The position numbers and the translations under genes were made by a program. Shown here one piece after another: positions 11,701 through 26,700 of a stretch of DNA of 64,000 bases; positions within the stretch are counted from its first letter, which is position 1; each line of letters begins with the position of its first letter. The stretch spans positions 25,174,001 to 25,238,000 of the forward strand of contig CM119371.1 in NCBI GenBank assembly GCA_051294905.1, given 5' to 3'. The notes under the pieces were generated by a model. The model saw only the letters and a program-made list of their open reading frames with translations. It had not been told where the DNA came from and ran no database searches. Source of the DNA: Botryllus schlosseri. Taxonomy: Eukaryota.

Positions 11701-14700
11701 GGCCATATAACATGCGACTCCAAGAAGTGTGCCAGAACGATCGGCAGCGAGAAAGCTTGGCCGAAAAGGTCTATGCCCTTATGCAGACCGAAGACTTCGT
11801 TGTATAGGCTATACAAAATGCATATAGGTTTAATTGTCCATAGGCGCCTAAATGACTGGCACCGAATGTTCCTGTCTTTGCAATCTGAACCTCACAAGAC
11901 AAATACCATCCCGCTGGGAAAAATTTTATTACAGTGAAGAAATACCAATTTGAAATCGTGTGCGTCTCTTAGTTTAGAAGCCTACGTTTGGGCGATTCTA
12001 TATTTTTTGATATAGCAGACTGGAAGTCACGAAATAACATCATGTAACGAAGTCATATCAACGGGTCCGTACGCCCAAAGATGTTTAATCATTATTTACT
12101 GGCCCTCCCGTTTTCAAGACACTTCACTCAGCTCTACCGGTAAATCTAATTACGTGAGTAGAGAGGACAATAAATTGATAGCATAATATATATGCAATCG
12201 CCGATCTGATTGACCGATTTTATCATAAATTATCGAAAATTTTCGCGCCTCGCGCTGGCTCACAATGCAGTACAGATAATTTCGTGACAAACGCGAACAA
12301 CGTGATGGGGGGGTCGTTTTATCACCCTATGAGAGCCCAAGACCCACGTTTTTGGGGGCCTAACGAGGTGCTGTTTCGTTCCTGCCAACGGGTATACGCC
12401 CGAAGATGTTTAATCATTATTGAGTGGTCCTACCTTTTCAAACACACCTCAATCAGCTCTACCGGCAAATCTGGTTACGTGAGCAGAGAGAAGATAAAAA
12501 TTGATACCAATATAGGCAATTCCCGATCATACTGACCGCAGAAATCATGAATTCTAGAATTTTTTCGCGCTTCGCGCGCTCAGGCGGCAACAGCTTATCA
12601 CGAAACATACTCCCAATGAATATGATGAATAGTGGTAAACAGTGTATCGCCGGAGGGGGGGTCTGGGGGGCGAAGCCCCCCAGAAGTTAGGTCTATAACC
12701 CTATGGGGGGCCCAAGACCAAAGTTTTTTGGGGGGGGCCTGACGAAGTGCTGTTACGGCCCTGACGAGCGCATATAGCTTATGTCTAATTCTAATATTGA
12801 CACGTCGTTGAGTGAGTTCTTCTGGAAGACCTACATTTTTGTTTAAATTCTTCATACTATGGCGACGGTGCACACTACTCGTTATAAGCCTGTACTGCCT
12901 CAAATACCAACGAACAATACTGAGAATTCGCCCAATATACATGAATTTATCTATGGTTGATATGGTAACTTCGAATTCGCCTGAGCTATCCTACGATTTT
13001 GAGAGGGTTGTGAAAATAGGTATCAGGGTTTGGGTGGGGGATATTAGGCTGGGTGCGAGGATTGTTCGGGTTGGAGAGGAGATATTACGGCTTGGGGGTA
13101 TAATAGGGCTGGGAAGATGGATATTAGGGTTGGGAAAGTGAATATTAGGTTTGGGGTTGGTACTTTCCAACCTATTCTTCGGATACCATAACACATTTCC
13201 AATCCTAATACCCCTCTTCTCCAACATTAGTATCCCCGACCTTAATATTGAGATACCCGTACCTTAACCCTAAGCCACTTCTTACCCCAATACCCCTTCT
13301 ATAATCCTAATATCCACCTAACCCTGATCTTGGGATACCTTTACCTTAACCCTGTGGTCCGCAAAGTAGGCGCCAATTCCCCCCTGGTGGCGTTCGCGAG
13401 TGTGAAGGGGCGATGGCCATGAAATGGGCGATTGGGGGCGCTGGATATGAAATTGGGCGGTATGGGCCACTTAGAACAGACAAGGCTGGTATAGGTTTGG
13501 AAGGCAACTGCCGCTTCTATTTATTCAGCTGTACCGGAAAAGTCTTTTGTTATTTGACAATGTCGACCCTGCCCATCAATGGACTAATTTAGCAGTCAGC
13601 AATATCCCTGAAAAGCGTGGTTAATTGTATGCCGTGATAACCATGGAGTATTTGAGCAGTTATGGCTTACTGCAAGCTATGGTGGCTTTTTACGAGAAAT
13701 TGTCTTGCGTGGATTTACCCTGTTTCAAACGTTCGTGGATTTTCCAAATTGCTGCGACCATGGCCTTCGACACGACGTTCTTGTTGCGAGAAACGATATT
13801 GACTAGCACATTTTTCAAAATTTATGAGTAGAATATATCTGTTCTTAGTTATGATGAAACCTGATAAAGGTAAAAATGGCACTGTCCGGATTCAGTGATA
13901 AGCCTATGAATTTCACCGACATTTTGCGGCACGTGAACTGTTCCAATTACGAAGCTTGCATGAGCTACCGGTCCAGCTCGAATACCCGTTTTAATGGAAA
14001 AACACAAATCAATCATTTAGGAAAATTTCACACGGATATGGTGATTTGATTCCAGGATATCTTCCAATTAGAAATTCCTCACTGGTTATTCAATCCATTC
14101 TGTGAAGTTCCCGGGCATGAAGTGATTGAGGAGGTGATTGCATTGTAGTGTGGAACAATTTTGAGTTCAGTCCAAAGTTCTATATGACCAATCATTCGTT
14201 AGATTCACAGTTGAATTGATTTGTAATACTCTCATTGGAGTCGGGCTGGCTTTTCGTGCTGTCAGTGCCGTGACAAAGCTTCTGACTGACAGCAGAAGCC
14301 GACGTGACAGTACGGGACGTGGACACTGGAAATTGTAGAATGAGATTGTTTATATTAAATCTCAAACCCAATATGACGAGGCTGATGATAATAATACACC
14401 AGCTTCATCCGTCTCATTATTAGCTGTAATAAATGCGGAACAAACTTCAGTTTTATGATTTGGTCGGGCTGAGGGGGTGCCGGGGGGCGCTGGCACTTCA
14501 TTCGTTGTCCAGGGGGGCGGTATCCCACCTACGACCCTAATATCCCACTCTCCAACGCTAATCTCACCCCACCTCCAACCCTAATATCCTCGAATATAAC
14601 CCTAACCCACTTCAAACCCTTATATCCCACTCTCCAACTTTCCAGTTCTATCCGTAACACCAAAATGACGCGCAAGTGCATAGGTCTAAGTCTATACCAC

Positions 14701-17700
14701 GTTTGACTTGTATTTTCCCGCGCTTTCGTCGAGATTGAGATCCAACGCGATAACCGCCATGCTTTATATATAGGTCATTCCAGTTTTCATATGTTCTAGA
14801 GTTTATTGGATCAAGTCACTGTTTTGTATTCGCGTTAATGAAATTAGTGTTGGCAGTGGTTCTCAACCTTTTTTAGGCACGCCCCCCTTCATGACGGTGA
14901 AAAATTTCGCACCCCTTTATCGTGATTGCACATAATGCAACCAGAATGCTGGCAATCTAAACGGATAGTTCGATGGCATGGAAGGTTATGACTGTTGATG
15001 AGAGAATGATGAAATACGAATTTTGGACTATATGTGGAGTAATAACTATCAATTGTAGGTAAATCGCGCGGAGCGCGAAAATATTTTTCAGTCGACTGCA
15101 ATTTCGCGCCCCCTTCAGATGCTTTCACGCACCCCAAGGGTGACGCCCCCCAGTTTGATAACCACTATTTTATATGATTTGTTCAGTCTCAACATACCCT
15201 GACCCCAAACCTTAAAATTAATGGAACTATTTACTTACGATATATATTTCACAAAGTAATCCTCGGTGGTAGGGATCAATGGTATCAATCCAAATAGTAT
15301 GGAGACCGTCAGGGATACCATAAGTGAAATTACTGCTCTCTTGAAGTTCGGCCTTGACATGGGTCTGAAATCAATGAAAATTGATCAGATCTTGGAAAAA
15401 CATGCTAACAAATTCAACGGATTCGGAAGACAAGCGACCATAGAGCGAGGAAGCGAAGAAAAAGACCCATTGAGATCCTGAAATAGCAATGGAGAACAGT
15501 AACGAATGATTTATACTGCTCCGAGACCACAATCATATTTTGCCTGCAAGCTATTGAAGTGACTATCGCAGTAGTCTTACTTCCAATTCTACTGCAACGA
15601 TTCTCGAACCAAAAATACCAAATCTTTATGTTTGAAGTTTCGCGAAGTGAAAGTAGTGGGTTTATATCACGTTTACGAGATCGCTTTTTTACTTTCATAA
15701 GTGAGTTTGAAAGCGGGCGATAACGTAGATGCATCTCGGCAACGGAATACAAGATCAATATTTTCACGCATATATTGCGCGATGCATCACGAAAGTTTTC
15801 AATCTGTCGCATTCAAGTTTATTCGCAAAAATTCACATGTTCTTTTTACAATATTACTACCCGCTGCTTTCTCTTTATGATAACATACATTTTTTAATAT
15901 ACTCAACTTACCTTATTTATCATCATTACTAGTATAACATCTTATGCGTAAATTTTTCGCTACATAATAGCAAACTAATTTTCACAATCCATTCACTCCC
16001 GTGGAAGGGGTCAATCTCCGCCAATGACGGTCTAGGGGGGAGAGATGTAGTCTTAAAACATTGGGAGTGTTACCTTACAAAATTACGTTTTGATATAATT
16101 GATTGTGAGAATTCCAAATTGATAAATTACAGAAATCATATACTGCGCCTTACAATGCGCAGTATGAATTCGGATCATGGCGTTCGATCTTAACCCTTTC
16201 TGTACAGGTTTTGGATTGTATTATCAATTGAAAGTAATGTTATTCTTATTATGCAGCAATATTTTACCCACTTTAGCTTGCTATATTTTACTTCAACTAT
16301 ATATATATATATATATATACTATACCCCCAGGCCCCCACCCTAACCCATAAACAATAGATTTCCATTCTGTTTTTTTTTAATTTATAAACTATTTACTAT
16401 ACCCTAACCCAAACTCTAACCCCAATCCATAGATTTGTAGGCTATTATTGTTTCTGCTTCTTTTACTATATCTATACTTTACCCTACCAACCAAAACCCT
16501 AACCCGATATCAGGGGTTTGGAATTATTTTTCCATGCGGACCAAATCAGAAGCGACAAATAGGTTAGCGGGCCGAGCGAGAAGTTCAAACTATATTCCGT
16601 GGCGTATTTTATTTCTAAATAGACAACAGTGACTTATATCGATAACACTAGCTGCTAAGTGGATGTGCTAAAATTAGGCCGCTAGAAAGTGAGGGCTGAT
16701 TTACCGCAAAATCTATTTATTCGATCAGTGTCATATTTCAACATAATGCGAAGCATGAAACATTATTAACTCAGTTACATGACATATATCCCAGACCCGT
16801 TTATATATGGAGACGTCGAAATGTATTTGGGATATTGCAAAGTTGGTCACGAGCTGTGCGTAAAGCTTGATATTTAGCCTCATTGTTTTCAGAGCTTCGC
16901 TGGCAGATGCCCTGAAATCCGCGCTTTCTCGGCCTCCGCCCGATGACGATTGCCCGTATTTCACCCTTATTTTCTCATAACGCCGATTTAATATATCTTT
17001 CTAAACACGGTGACCTGCTCACCACAAACTAAAGTGACGGTTGCCCCTATGACTCAAATAAACAAGTATTTGGAACGCCAAAACTTTTTTAAATTTTCAG
17101 TCTCAGCCTCTATTTTTTAACATGCCTGTTTATTGTTTTGGGCGTGGCAGCTGTTAACCCTCACGTGTACTGCGATTGACTTGTTTGACGGATTATATGG
17201 ATCGGAAGTTTGCATGACACGACAATTTGAAAACCGAATAATTCGCAATTTAACAATGGAAACAATGAACTATCTCGAACCGTCACTTTTAACATCAATT
17301 GCCACAGCATACCATGCTATATTGGTTTAATTTTGAATCCAGATTATACTAGGGTTACCAGACGTCCTTTTTTAAGAGGATATGCCCTCTTTTTTAAATT
17401 TTTTGAAGGTGTTCTCGGAGGACGCCCAAATGTCCTATTTTCTGAAATCTTGTCCTCTTTTTTTGAGAATTTTGGTTAAATATGGTGTAAAATTCAGTAA
17501 ATCAGCATTGTCGTAACGCTCCGGCGGTTAATTCGGGAGCTGAGCCGGAAAGTTGACCTTTTTTCAGTCAACCAGCTGCTAATGTGAAGAAAATACTGTA
17601 TTTCGGGAGCTGAGCCGGAAAGTTGACCTTTTTTCAGTCAACCAGCTGCTAATGTGAAGAAAATACTGTATTTTGGGAGCTGAACCAGAAAGTTGACCTT

Positions 17701-20700
17701 TTTTTAGTCAGCCGACCACGAAGTGCGAAAAGTTATAATATTTTAAGGATTTTCCTCCGATATTGCAAGTCTGAAAATTTTGAAAAAGTGTCCTCTTTTC
17801 AGATTTCCAAAATATGGTAACCCTTGGTTATACGACCTATACGTAGGTCACGTAAACAGTGTGGAAACACGATTAAAAGTAAACGCATTTCAGATTCAGT
17901 TTACGCAGCCATTGATTTTAGTTCGCACAATATAGTATCAAAAAACAGGTTTTATGTTTTAAACTCCAGGCTGTTTTTAGCAAGCCAGTCAGAATCGCGT
18001 CGTGGGCTGCATGTGGCCGCGGGCCGCGCTTTGTCCAGGTCTGATCTATACTCATACGTACCTCGTGACAGCAAGTAGACGGTACACTGTTATCAAAACC
18101 ATGGTCAGAACCGATTGCTCGGACCCGATGATCAACAGAGCCCCCAACAGAGAACAGGTAGTGCTGGATCTCCAATCAACATCAACATTACAGTAACTGC
18201 CGTCCACTTCAACAGCTTTGATGCAAATAGCAAGGGTGTATAACTGTAATTGTTAGCGAACCTTGTAACGATGTGAATACACTGACAATCGCATACGATT
18301 CGTTACCCCGACGAGTAAATCAGAAATCGATAGACTCAGGATAAGGAGCTTGTTGATGTATGAATGCGATGACTTGCCAATCCGTGCCTCGTACTTCGAG
18401 ATGTCGTACAATGTCGATGCAACTACGTACGTACACCCAGTGATCGCAATGATGCCTGAAAAGGATTGAATATATACACTCGAGTTAGACAGACAGTGAA
18501 ACTGTATCAGGCACAGTGGGATCGTCACAGTTTATCTGAGAATAATTGTGACTTCGTTAGTTCCCTCCGTCATCCGTGTATAACATTAAGAGTAGGCTCC
18601 TAGCATTCTTGCAACTTATTTTTTTTGAAATTAGACAATCAGTTGGTAACGTAAACATACGAAATTCAACATATGGTATAAAGAAAGGGCACCAAAAATA
18701 GAGAAGTAGTCCGAATTGTTCTAAAATGATGCGTATGCTTCATTTCCCAATTACTACTATTACTTTACACATTTATCCATTACACCCATTTTACCCATAT
18801 TGAAATCAAGAAGTTCACTTTCATGACATTGCGCATCGCGGGAAGAAAATTTACAAGTTGAATAAATCTCCCCCAAAAATTATCCGCTTTTTCTAGTTTT
18901 GCGACATAATTTAGGGCTCCAAATTGCTGATAACTACTAATTTCGTAAACCTGATTTGGTTCTTCGTACCCCCAAGGGGTACATGTGTAGTCTTGACTAT
19001 AATGTACTCCAGTCGAAACAAGAGTATGGATTTGGAGGATAACATGTTGAAATCAATTGATTGGTCCAACTCGCAAGCGATCGAAAGGTTTCAATCCTAC
19101 CCTAGATCCAATTTAAGTTTCACACCACTGGCCTATTGTTATCCGTCAAATAATCAAAGTTTTCTATTTCATTTTCGCAATTACGTCCAAGAGTTTCCTC
19201 GATCCAGATGAAAATTTATTCACGCGAGATAGGCAGTACAAGAAGTCACCAGTATGGGTCGTTCTCTCGGCGATTTAGAGTAAGGTCCTCATGAAATGTA
19301 TGTCCTAATACCTGGAAGAGGATTTCGTGCTGCCGGTGGCAGCGTCGAGACTACCTATGTTGAAAATGGGAAAAGGCCATGCCGAATATATCACAACGAG
19401 GTCGTTGGTGAAATTGTACACCTTTAATAATTTATTTCATATCCGCCCGATCGTGTTAAAACATGACAAATTATTCAATTTATTTTAACGTCATGGCAAA
19501 CAAAGGTGATGGATTTCTGTCGACACAAAATTTGATTGCCATGGTCGGACGCGGGATAAATAAGTGCGGCTGAGGTAGCCAGAGATAACAGGCAAATCAT
19601 GTGATGTGGCCCACTCTCATTAAAGTTTGGAGTCTCTGTCCTAGCATAATGAAATGGGTGATATGGAAGATTTTGAGTTAAAAAAAATTACAACCTTGAA
19701 ATTTTTACCTTAGGAAACTTAATTTCGTCCATATCATGACCTAATGCATGTAAATTAGGTGTTTCCCCACATAATGTTAGAATTGTACTACTTATCTTCA
19801 TTTCTGGTTGGAACTGTCTGTCCTTACGAAGTAGTTTTGCCTGAATAAACTTTTTTTCTCTAAAAACTGACAAATCTTTGGCAAGAAAAAACTTTATTTT
19901 ACCGAAATCTGGACCTATGAAGAATTCAGTATAGTTCCATCACGCATTATGGTAAAAATCAGGGTTGTAATCAAGTCAGACGGCTGCGAGTTACAAGTCA
20001 TTCTCGCTTTTATAGTTTTGACTCGAGTTAAGTCGAGTCATTTTCAATTCACCACCGAGTCAAGTCCGAGTCCAAGTCAGCAATCAGAGGGTCGAGTCTG
20101 AGTTGTGGTATTATGACTCGAGTCCGCGTGCAAGTCATCGTGTTGACTGCTCATGCTGTTACCAGTTAAAGTCTTGGTGAATCTAAATAACTCTGTTTAG
20201 TGATATCGAATGGTTCGCATTTATAATATACCAATTTTCCTCACTTTTAACAGATTCTGGTTGCATTTTCAAGATACCAGTACCAATAGACGAAATCTCA
20301 ATAGTGTGGTTACTTAACTTTTCTTCGAAATTACAATGAAATGTCGGTCTTGACTGTCTGAGTCTCGAGTCATATGAAGTGATTCGAGTCATGCGCAATG
20401 ACTCGAGTCCAAGTCGAGTCAATACACAGATGGACTCGAGTCGAGTCATTTCCGTATTTTGAGAAAATGACTCGAGTCAAGTCGATTCATCAGAAAATTG
20501 TGACTCGAGTCGTACTCGAATCGAGTCATAACTCGAGTCATTACAATCCTGGTAGAAATAATTGAAATTTGTTATAGTACAACTAAAGATACTTTCTACA
20601 TTCTCGGGTAGAAAATGTTTGTTCTTGCGAACTAGTTGCCAAGAATGGCGAAAGAACGTTCAACAGCGGCAGTTGTTGGCTAGCATCACTGACGCTGTGC

Positions 20701-23700
20701 GTACACTGCTGGTGACGCACAGTGTTGCTTCATTTTGACAATGTTGACGACATCACTATTTTTCATCATGCGCTACTTGATACAAGAGCCAATGCCCACG
20801 CAGTCTTGCTTCAGTTAGGATATTGCGGTACGTTGAGCATAACATTATTTGTTTCATATGACCGCTTATGATTCACAAAGAGCAGATAAGTCGCCGTCTA
20901 CAACGATAAACCTATAAATTAGGCTATACAAGCTGTGAAATTTTAAATGATAACTTCATTTATAGCAGTGGTTCTTGACCCTTTTTCCTGCAGCTCCCCC
21001 TTTCGAAAATTAATAGGGTCAGGCACCCCCCCTCTATTTGAAGGACTGTAGTAAAAACAAGAGCTAAGAGTTCGAAGTCCAGTCGGTATTTTCAGGTTGG
21101 TACTTCACTATAAGAAATAGCTTGAATCGTGCCCGAGGACCACTCGACTAATTACCGGAATGGTAATTGTATGTCCTATATTCGGGATCAAATCAAGGTT
21201 GTCATAACAACCATCGCGTATACGGGTTCATACCATCTTGTCAATTATATTTACCATTATGGTATTCCAAAAAGTAATCCATATCATATAACGCTCAGGT
21301 AAGGTTGCGGTTCACAACACTAAACAGTATCTATCATCCATTATGATACGACGAAGAAATATTTTGAGGATTTAATTTTGTAGCTCTCGAATACAAACAC
21401 ATTTAGTCAATCATTTTTACCAAAAAGCATCAAGGCATCCTGAATGTACAAAGGGCTCTCACACTCGCTCTTAAACGTGGTACAGTCCCTCTTTATACGA
21501 CTCCGACATGCTGATTGCTGCACGATAAAATACCTCGTTCGAAACATTTTATGGAAAATAACCCGAGGTAGCTGGATGGTGGTGTATTAACGGAGAATTG
21601 GCGATCTAAAAGTACGCGCATTTCATTTTAGATGAATTATGATAAACCACTGAATATATGGAAACATGTTGCAAACATGACCTGCATATATTCCGCACCC
21701 TGCTGGACGAAAAGTTTCGAGAATTGTCAGATTTTGTCGAATGGTAATTTGCAATGAGAACTCAGGGATATATAGAACTGTTGTTTCACTGTGTCCCTAC
21801 TGCACCCGCTACAGCGACGCTATTTTTCTTCAGCGCTCGCCATACAGCCCCCGAGCCCAGCTCCAACGCCACAACTTTGCAATATTTAGACTTGTCAAAA
21901 AATCCCCCTACTAATAACACTTTTAAAGCAAGCCCTAATTTTCAGTCAAAACGAGATTGAGCGGGAACTGTACCCGTTTTTCTAAGTTGTCATGCAGATT
22001 GTTCTTATGAGGCAATTTCGTATCGAATATTGATTGATGCGGTTCACGGGTTGAAAAAGGTTTGGAACCGCTGTGGTAAGCCATGGTATTTTCCATTTAT
22101 TCAATTAAAAGGGACGAATAGACAGCACAGAATATCATACCATTTTGATGTTGTCATGTTGACCATTTTCGAACCTAATATATACTGTTATGATAAATTG
22201 CGCCTAGCGTCATGGACATTTTACGGCCGAGTGAATCCGCATATAATACTTTATTTATGTCCCCGTCAGGCTGGCAAGTCAATACGTCAGTGCGGAAATT
22301 ACTGTTCTATGCTTGGTATATTATGCAACTTACTGAACATCCACACCAGGAACAGGACTCCCTTGTTTGTTATTAGAGACTTCTCATCAGAAAATGCACT
22401 AACTATGCAACCAGGCTGGCATTCGTCTATTCCGGACGCACAATCTTTTTTCCCGTCACATACCTATAGACATCAAAAGATTAATATTAAATAGAACAAT
22501 ATTTTCATTAGTTGGTCCTACCGGTGTCGTCTATTGCAAGTGGTTAGAACATTCTACTACACTAACTACAGGAAATTTCGACAATCTTTATCGCGGGTCA
22601 TGAAATAACAAGATGCTTCAAAGATGTAACTCACTGCAAAAGACCCGCCCAATGCCAAGGCCAGAAAATCTCATGAATAGCATTAACCTTGTGGCGTGAG
22701 TATGCCTTCGTTCTTAAATCGGTATTAGCTGAGTTTGGTTCGTTATAGCAGTGACTTTGTGGTATGTAAATTGTATGTAAAAAGGGTCGTGATGAAATTC
22801 CACGATGAAGGTTGGGTAGGGGGGTGTAGGGCCGTGGTTTAAAGACTATTTAGCTGACAGACCGGAATATTTTATTTAAATATTTGGCGAATCGTTGGAT
22901 CTTCAAAAATTGAAATCAAACCAGAATATAAATTGTGCAACCGGTTTTCCAAGTATGCTACTACTTTATAGTGATATTAGCAGGCTTACTTCGAAATTAA
23001 ATATGTTGATGATGATACTAATAATAAAATAATTTTATGATATTGTGTCTGCTGAGTCTAGGTGAAAATTGCCATTCCCCGATAAGCTTGCTATCGCCGA
23101 GATTCGATTACAGTCTTTTCCGCCTCGGTCATTGATTAACCGACTACGCCTGCTTGAATAATATAATGCCTGTCGACAATATCGAGAGAAGAAGCGTTTC
23201 CAACTGCCACCAGACGTATACTGCAAATACAATGCGTCGCGCGAAAGACTTGGCAGCAGCGATGCTGACCTATCCACAAAATGAATGAATAGAAAACGAT
23301 TGATCGTGCACACTCGCTCGCGCGTCGTCATCCGAGTCAGCTTGAACTTTGAGTCAAATCAAGTACGTTACCAGGCCTAGTATTACTTCACAATGCTATA
23401 AATTGGCGAAGTTCCGAATGAATAAAATTCGATATTTATGTATTTATTCCATTGATCTACAATACTCCAACATCTTGAATTTTGCAATTAGCTGTAAAAT
23501 TATATTATATATGGCGGACTGGCAGAAAAGTCGACCGGCGATTGAGAATCACTAGTCTTGGGGAACCCGCACCCTCAGAAGTTTCGTTTATCACGAAGTT
23601 GCTACGTCAATAGCAAAACTGTTGGGAGGTCTGACAATATGAGGTTGAGACACTTTGTAATTTCCTTCATCTTATGAAATATTTTCACATCCATCGTTCT

Positions 23701-26700
23701 TTTTTTTCTTCTGGTCACACTCTTCCTTTGGAATTATTACCCAAAGTTGTTCCATTGGGATGATAGCGATCCAACTAATTATTCTTTAAATTAAATTAAA
23801 TTATATTATGACATTCCAACTGTATTTCGGGGTCTGGGAAGAATTGCTTCTCAGTTTATATCAGGGCTGGCTAACATTTTCAACCAAAGTGCCGCGTTCG
23901 ATTGACAAACTATTGCGCGCGGGCCACTAGCCGCGCGAAGCGAAAATTTTTTTTCAAGTTCATTGGGCAATAATATTGTCACTTGACTATATTGCGGAGC
24001 CTAGAAAAACTTCCAACACTTGGACATAGGAAATGCGCCAATCATTTTGTGATTAGGCTTCATAGTCGATGGTCTTACTGCGAGCCCAAACGCAAGGTCG
24101 CATATGTTGAACGACACTTTGTCTCGTAATCGCGAATATAGTTAGACTCAATCTGATACATTAGGCGTTTTTCGCGAAGCTTGTAAAGAGTTTTTACTTT
24201 TGAACAAAGAAGATATACCAATATGTGACTGGCTGCTGGATTTCCCAATGCGTCGGAACTGATTTTTAGTCATCACATCTCAAGTGCTGCGGCCAGACAC
24301 TAATCAAAGTTTTGGTTGGCCTTGCAAGTTTACAATCTGTGCAATCCATTTTTGATGATATTAGAAATTTCGGTAATTACCTCGTGGGCCACTCAAAATC
24401 TTCTCGTGTGCCAAATGTGGCCCACGGGCCACGGGTTGGCCGGCCCTGACTTATATGCTATAATACTTACCGCTTTTTCTGGAATGTGTGTTTTATTGAG
24501 ATCACCATCACATATGAAGTAGCTGCAATTGTTGGATTCGTGCACGAGTTTTCGAGAACTTTCCAGGGAACTGTTTTTCTAAATTGTATATAAAATCAAT
24601 TGAGAAGTATTTCAACTCAATAGTAGTTCTTCGTTCGAAAAGCGTAGTAATAAAATCAACGACAGCGAGTTTGATTTGCGAGTTTCATTGGTATCTGAAA
24701 TATGTAAATAAGGAAAATATATATTCCATGCATCCATACATATACCTGATTTTCACTTCTCCTATTCGCCAAGACTTCTTGATACGATACACTGCTGCAG
24801 CGGAAGCTGTGGAAATTTCGGGATTTTACCTAATATAATCCTTTTAATTTACGGTTATTATAAGTAGAATACTTTTCATGAATGCCCCGTATCAGGAGTC
24901 CGCGGAACACAAAGAGATTTACACAGATTAAGCAGCTAAACCAGTTAGTGTAAAACGGCGAGCTAACCTCAAAATAATTCTAGTTCAGCGGTTCTCAATC
25001 TTTTTGGACATGCGCCCCCTTGGCGATGGTCATATATATCGCGGGTGTCAATGCAATGAACAGTTACTGGGGTGGCATATTGTCGCGCAGAGTGCGAATA
25101 ATTTTCAGATTCACGAATGAATCCCGTAATTAATAGTAGCATTATCACGTAATACTATCAAATATTTATTCTTTCTCAGCCCATGTGATACGATGCACCG
25201 GTAGGGTTCATGAAGGAAGCGCTTTCGAAAATTTAAGGCAAGTTGTAGATGATAATGCTTTTTCGGGTGGGCCAATTGTCATTAGTTTTTTTGTATCGTG
25301 CTGTTATTTCTTGACCCCCCATCAGGATTGTCGATTCTATCGTTAGTGGGAATAGTGGAGATATATTGAAATCACCCAAATGTGCCACAAACACATTTCT
25401 TTCGCGAGATGCACACGATTCCGATTCCGGTTCAGATTGAGAAGAGTGTTACTATATTAAAAGCGAAAATTGAAGGTATGTTGAATTGGGCGGAGCGCGA
25501 AAACAATTTCAAGAATAATTGAAATCTCTCAAAAATTTGGGAGTGAATTCGCAATCTCCATTTGCATGTCGACGGCCGGCAACACATACTAATTGAATTG
25601 GTTGTCGGAGGCCGCGCAAATTCCTTTCTACGGCCGCAGGTTATCCATCCCTGAGCTAATAGTAAACATATGGTATGTCTTACGCCAAGTTTAAATCCGC
25701 ATTCCAGTTGTTGAGTCTTTAACATTTCTGACTAATTTGTTTGAAAACAGCAAAAAACATTGAACAGGACATCAATTTATTTCAAGGTAGGTTGCACTGA
25801 AACTAATCCTAATGCTGGTAGTGACTACAGAGAGCACGGCGTCGTTCTGTACTGCCATGCTAAATTTGATCAGTTTTTTTATTGAGTTAAATTGTGTTGA
25901 TTTAGGGTAGCTTAAATGGAGGGCGAAACCGAGCAACCTATATTGCACATAAGTCTGTCTTAGGCAGTGCAGTTGGTCAGCTATTAACAACAGCTACCCA
26001 GCGCACCGAGCTTTAGGCTACTGCCAAAGCTATGAATTAGAGAATGACTTACACGTGGGAATTGCTCAAAATCTTCAAAGAATATCAAAAATTTGCTCAA
26101 ATCAGCCCATACTCCATTGAGCGCGACTGCTGTAGTTTGAATTTATCGAGCTTTCTTGAATACGAAATAAATTTCATCTTCAACAATCGTCTTCTTAGAA
26201 TGGTTGTAAAACACATGTTTAGTCCAAATTCATACAGACTTTGTCCCCTCCCTGAGAGCCACCCGCGCCCCCCAAGGGGGGAGGGGGCATTCTCCAGGTT
26301 GAGAATCACTGTTCTAGTTGGTCTGCCATAAGATTTTAATTGTTTTGAAATATTTATACTAAAGTATTTGAAATACCAAATGAAGGAAGGCTATTCTCAT
26401 TAGATCCAGGCTAATGTCCATCTTTTTAGAGTCCCAAAACCGTCGACGATAATCGGTCCCGATTTACCACAAACTTCTGAATTGAAACAGCATATTCCAT
26501 TGGACTGTGTCAAGAACTGTTGGGGCGCATACATTTCCCTACCCAAAGGATACCTTGGAATGAAGTCACGTTACTAGGGTTGCATTCAATACAAAAATCA
26601 ATTTTTATCAAACCTGTTTAAAAATTCCCACTGTTTATAACAAATTTTCAAATGTGTCTGATGACGTAACAGATCAAAAATTGTGACATAACAGTTGATT

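Noticed and set aside
12995..14640. Telomere-like AACCCT-rich tract
   Set aside because: Highly degenerate, in both orientations and intronic; more likely subterminal repeats of an old transposon.
17532..17712. Repeated 69-bp units resembling a CRISPR array
   Set aside because: Head-to-tail identical units without unique spacers, inside a MITE; eukaryotic context and no cas genes.
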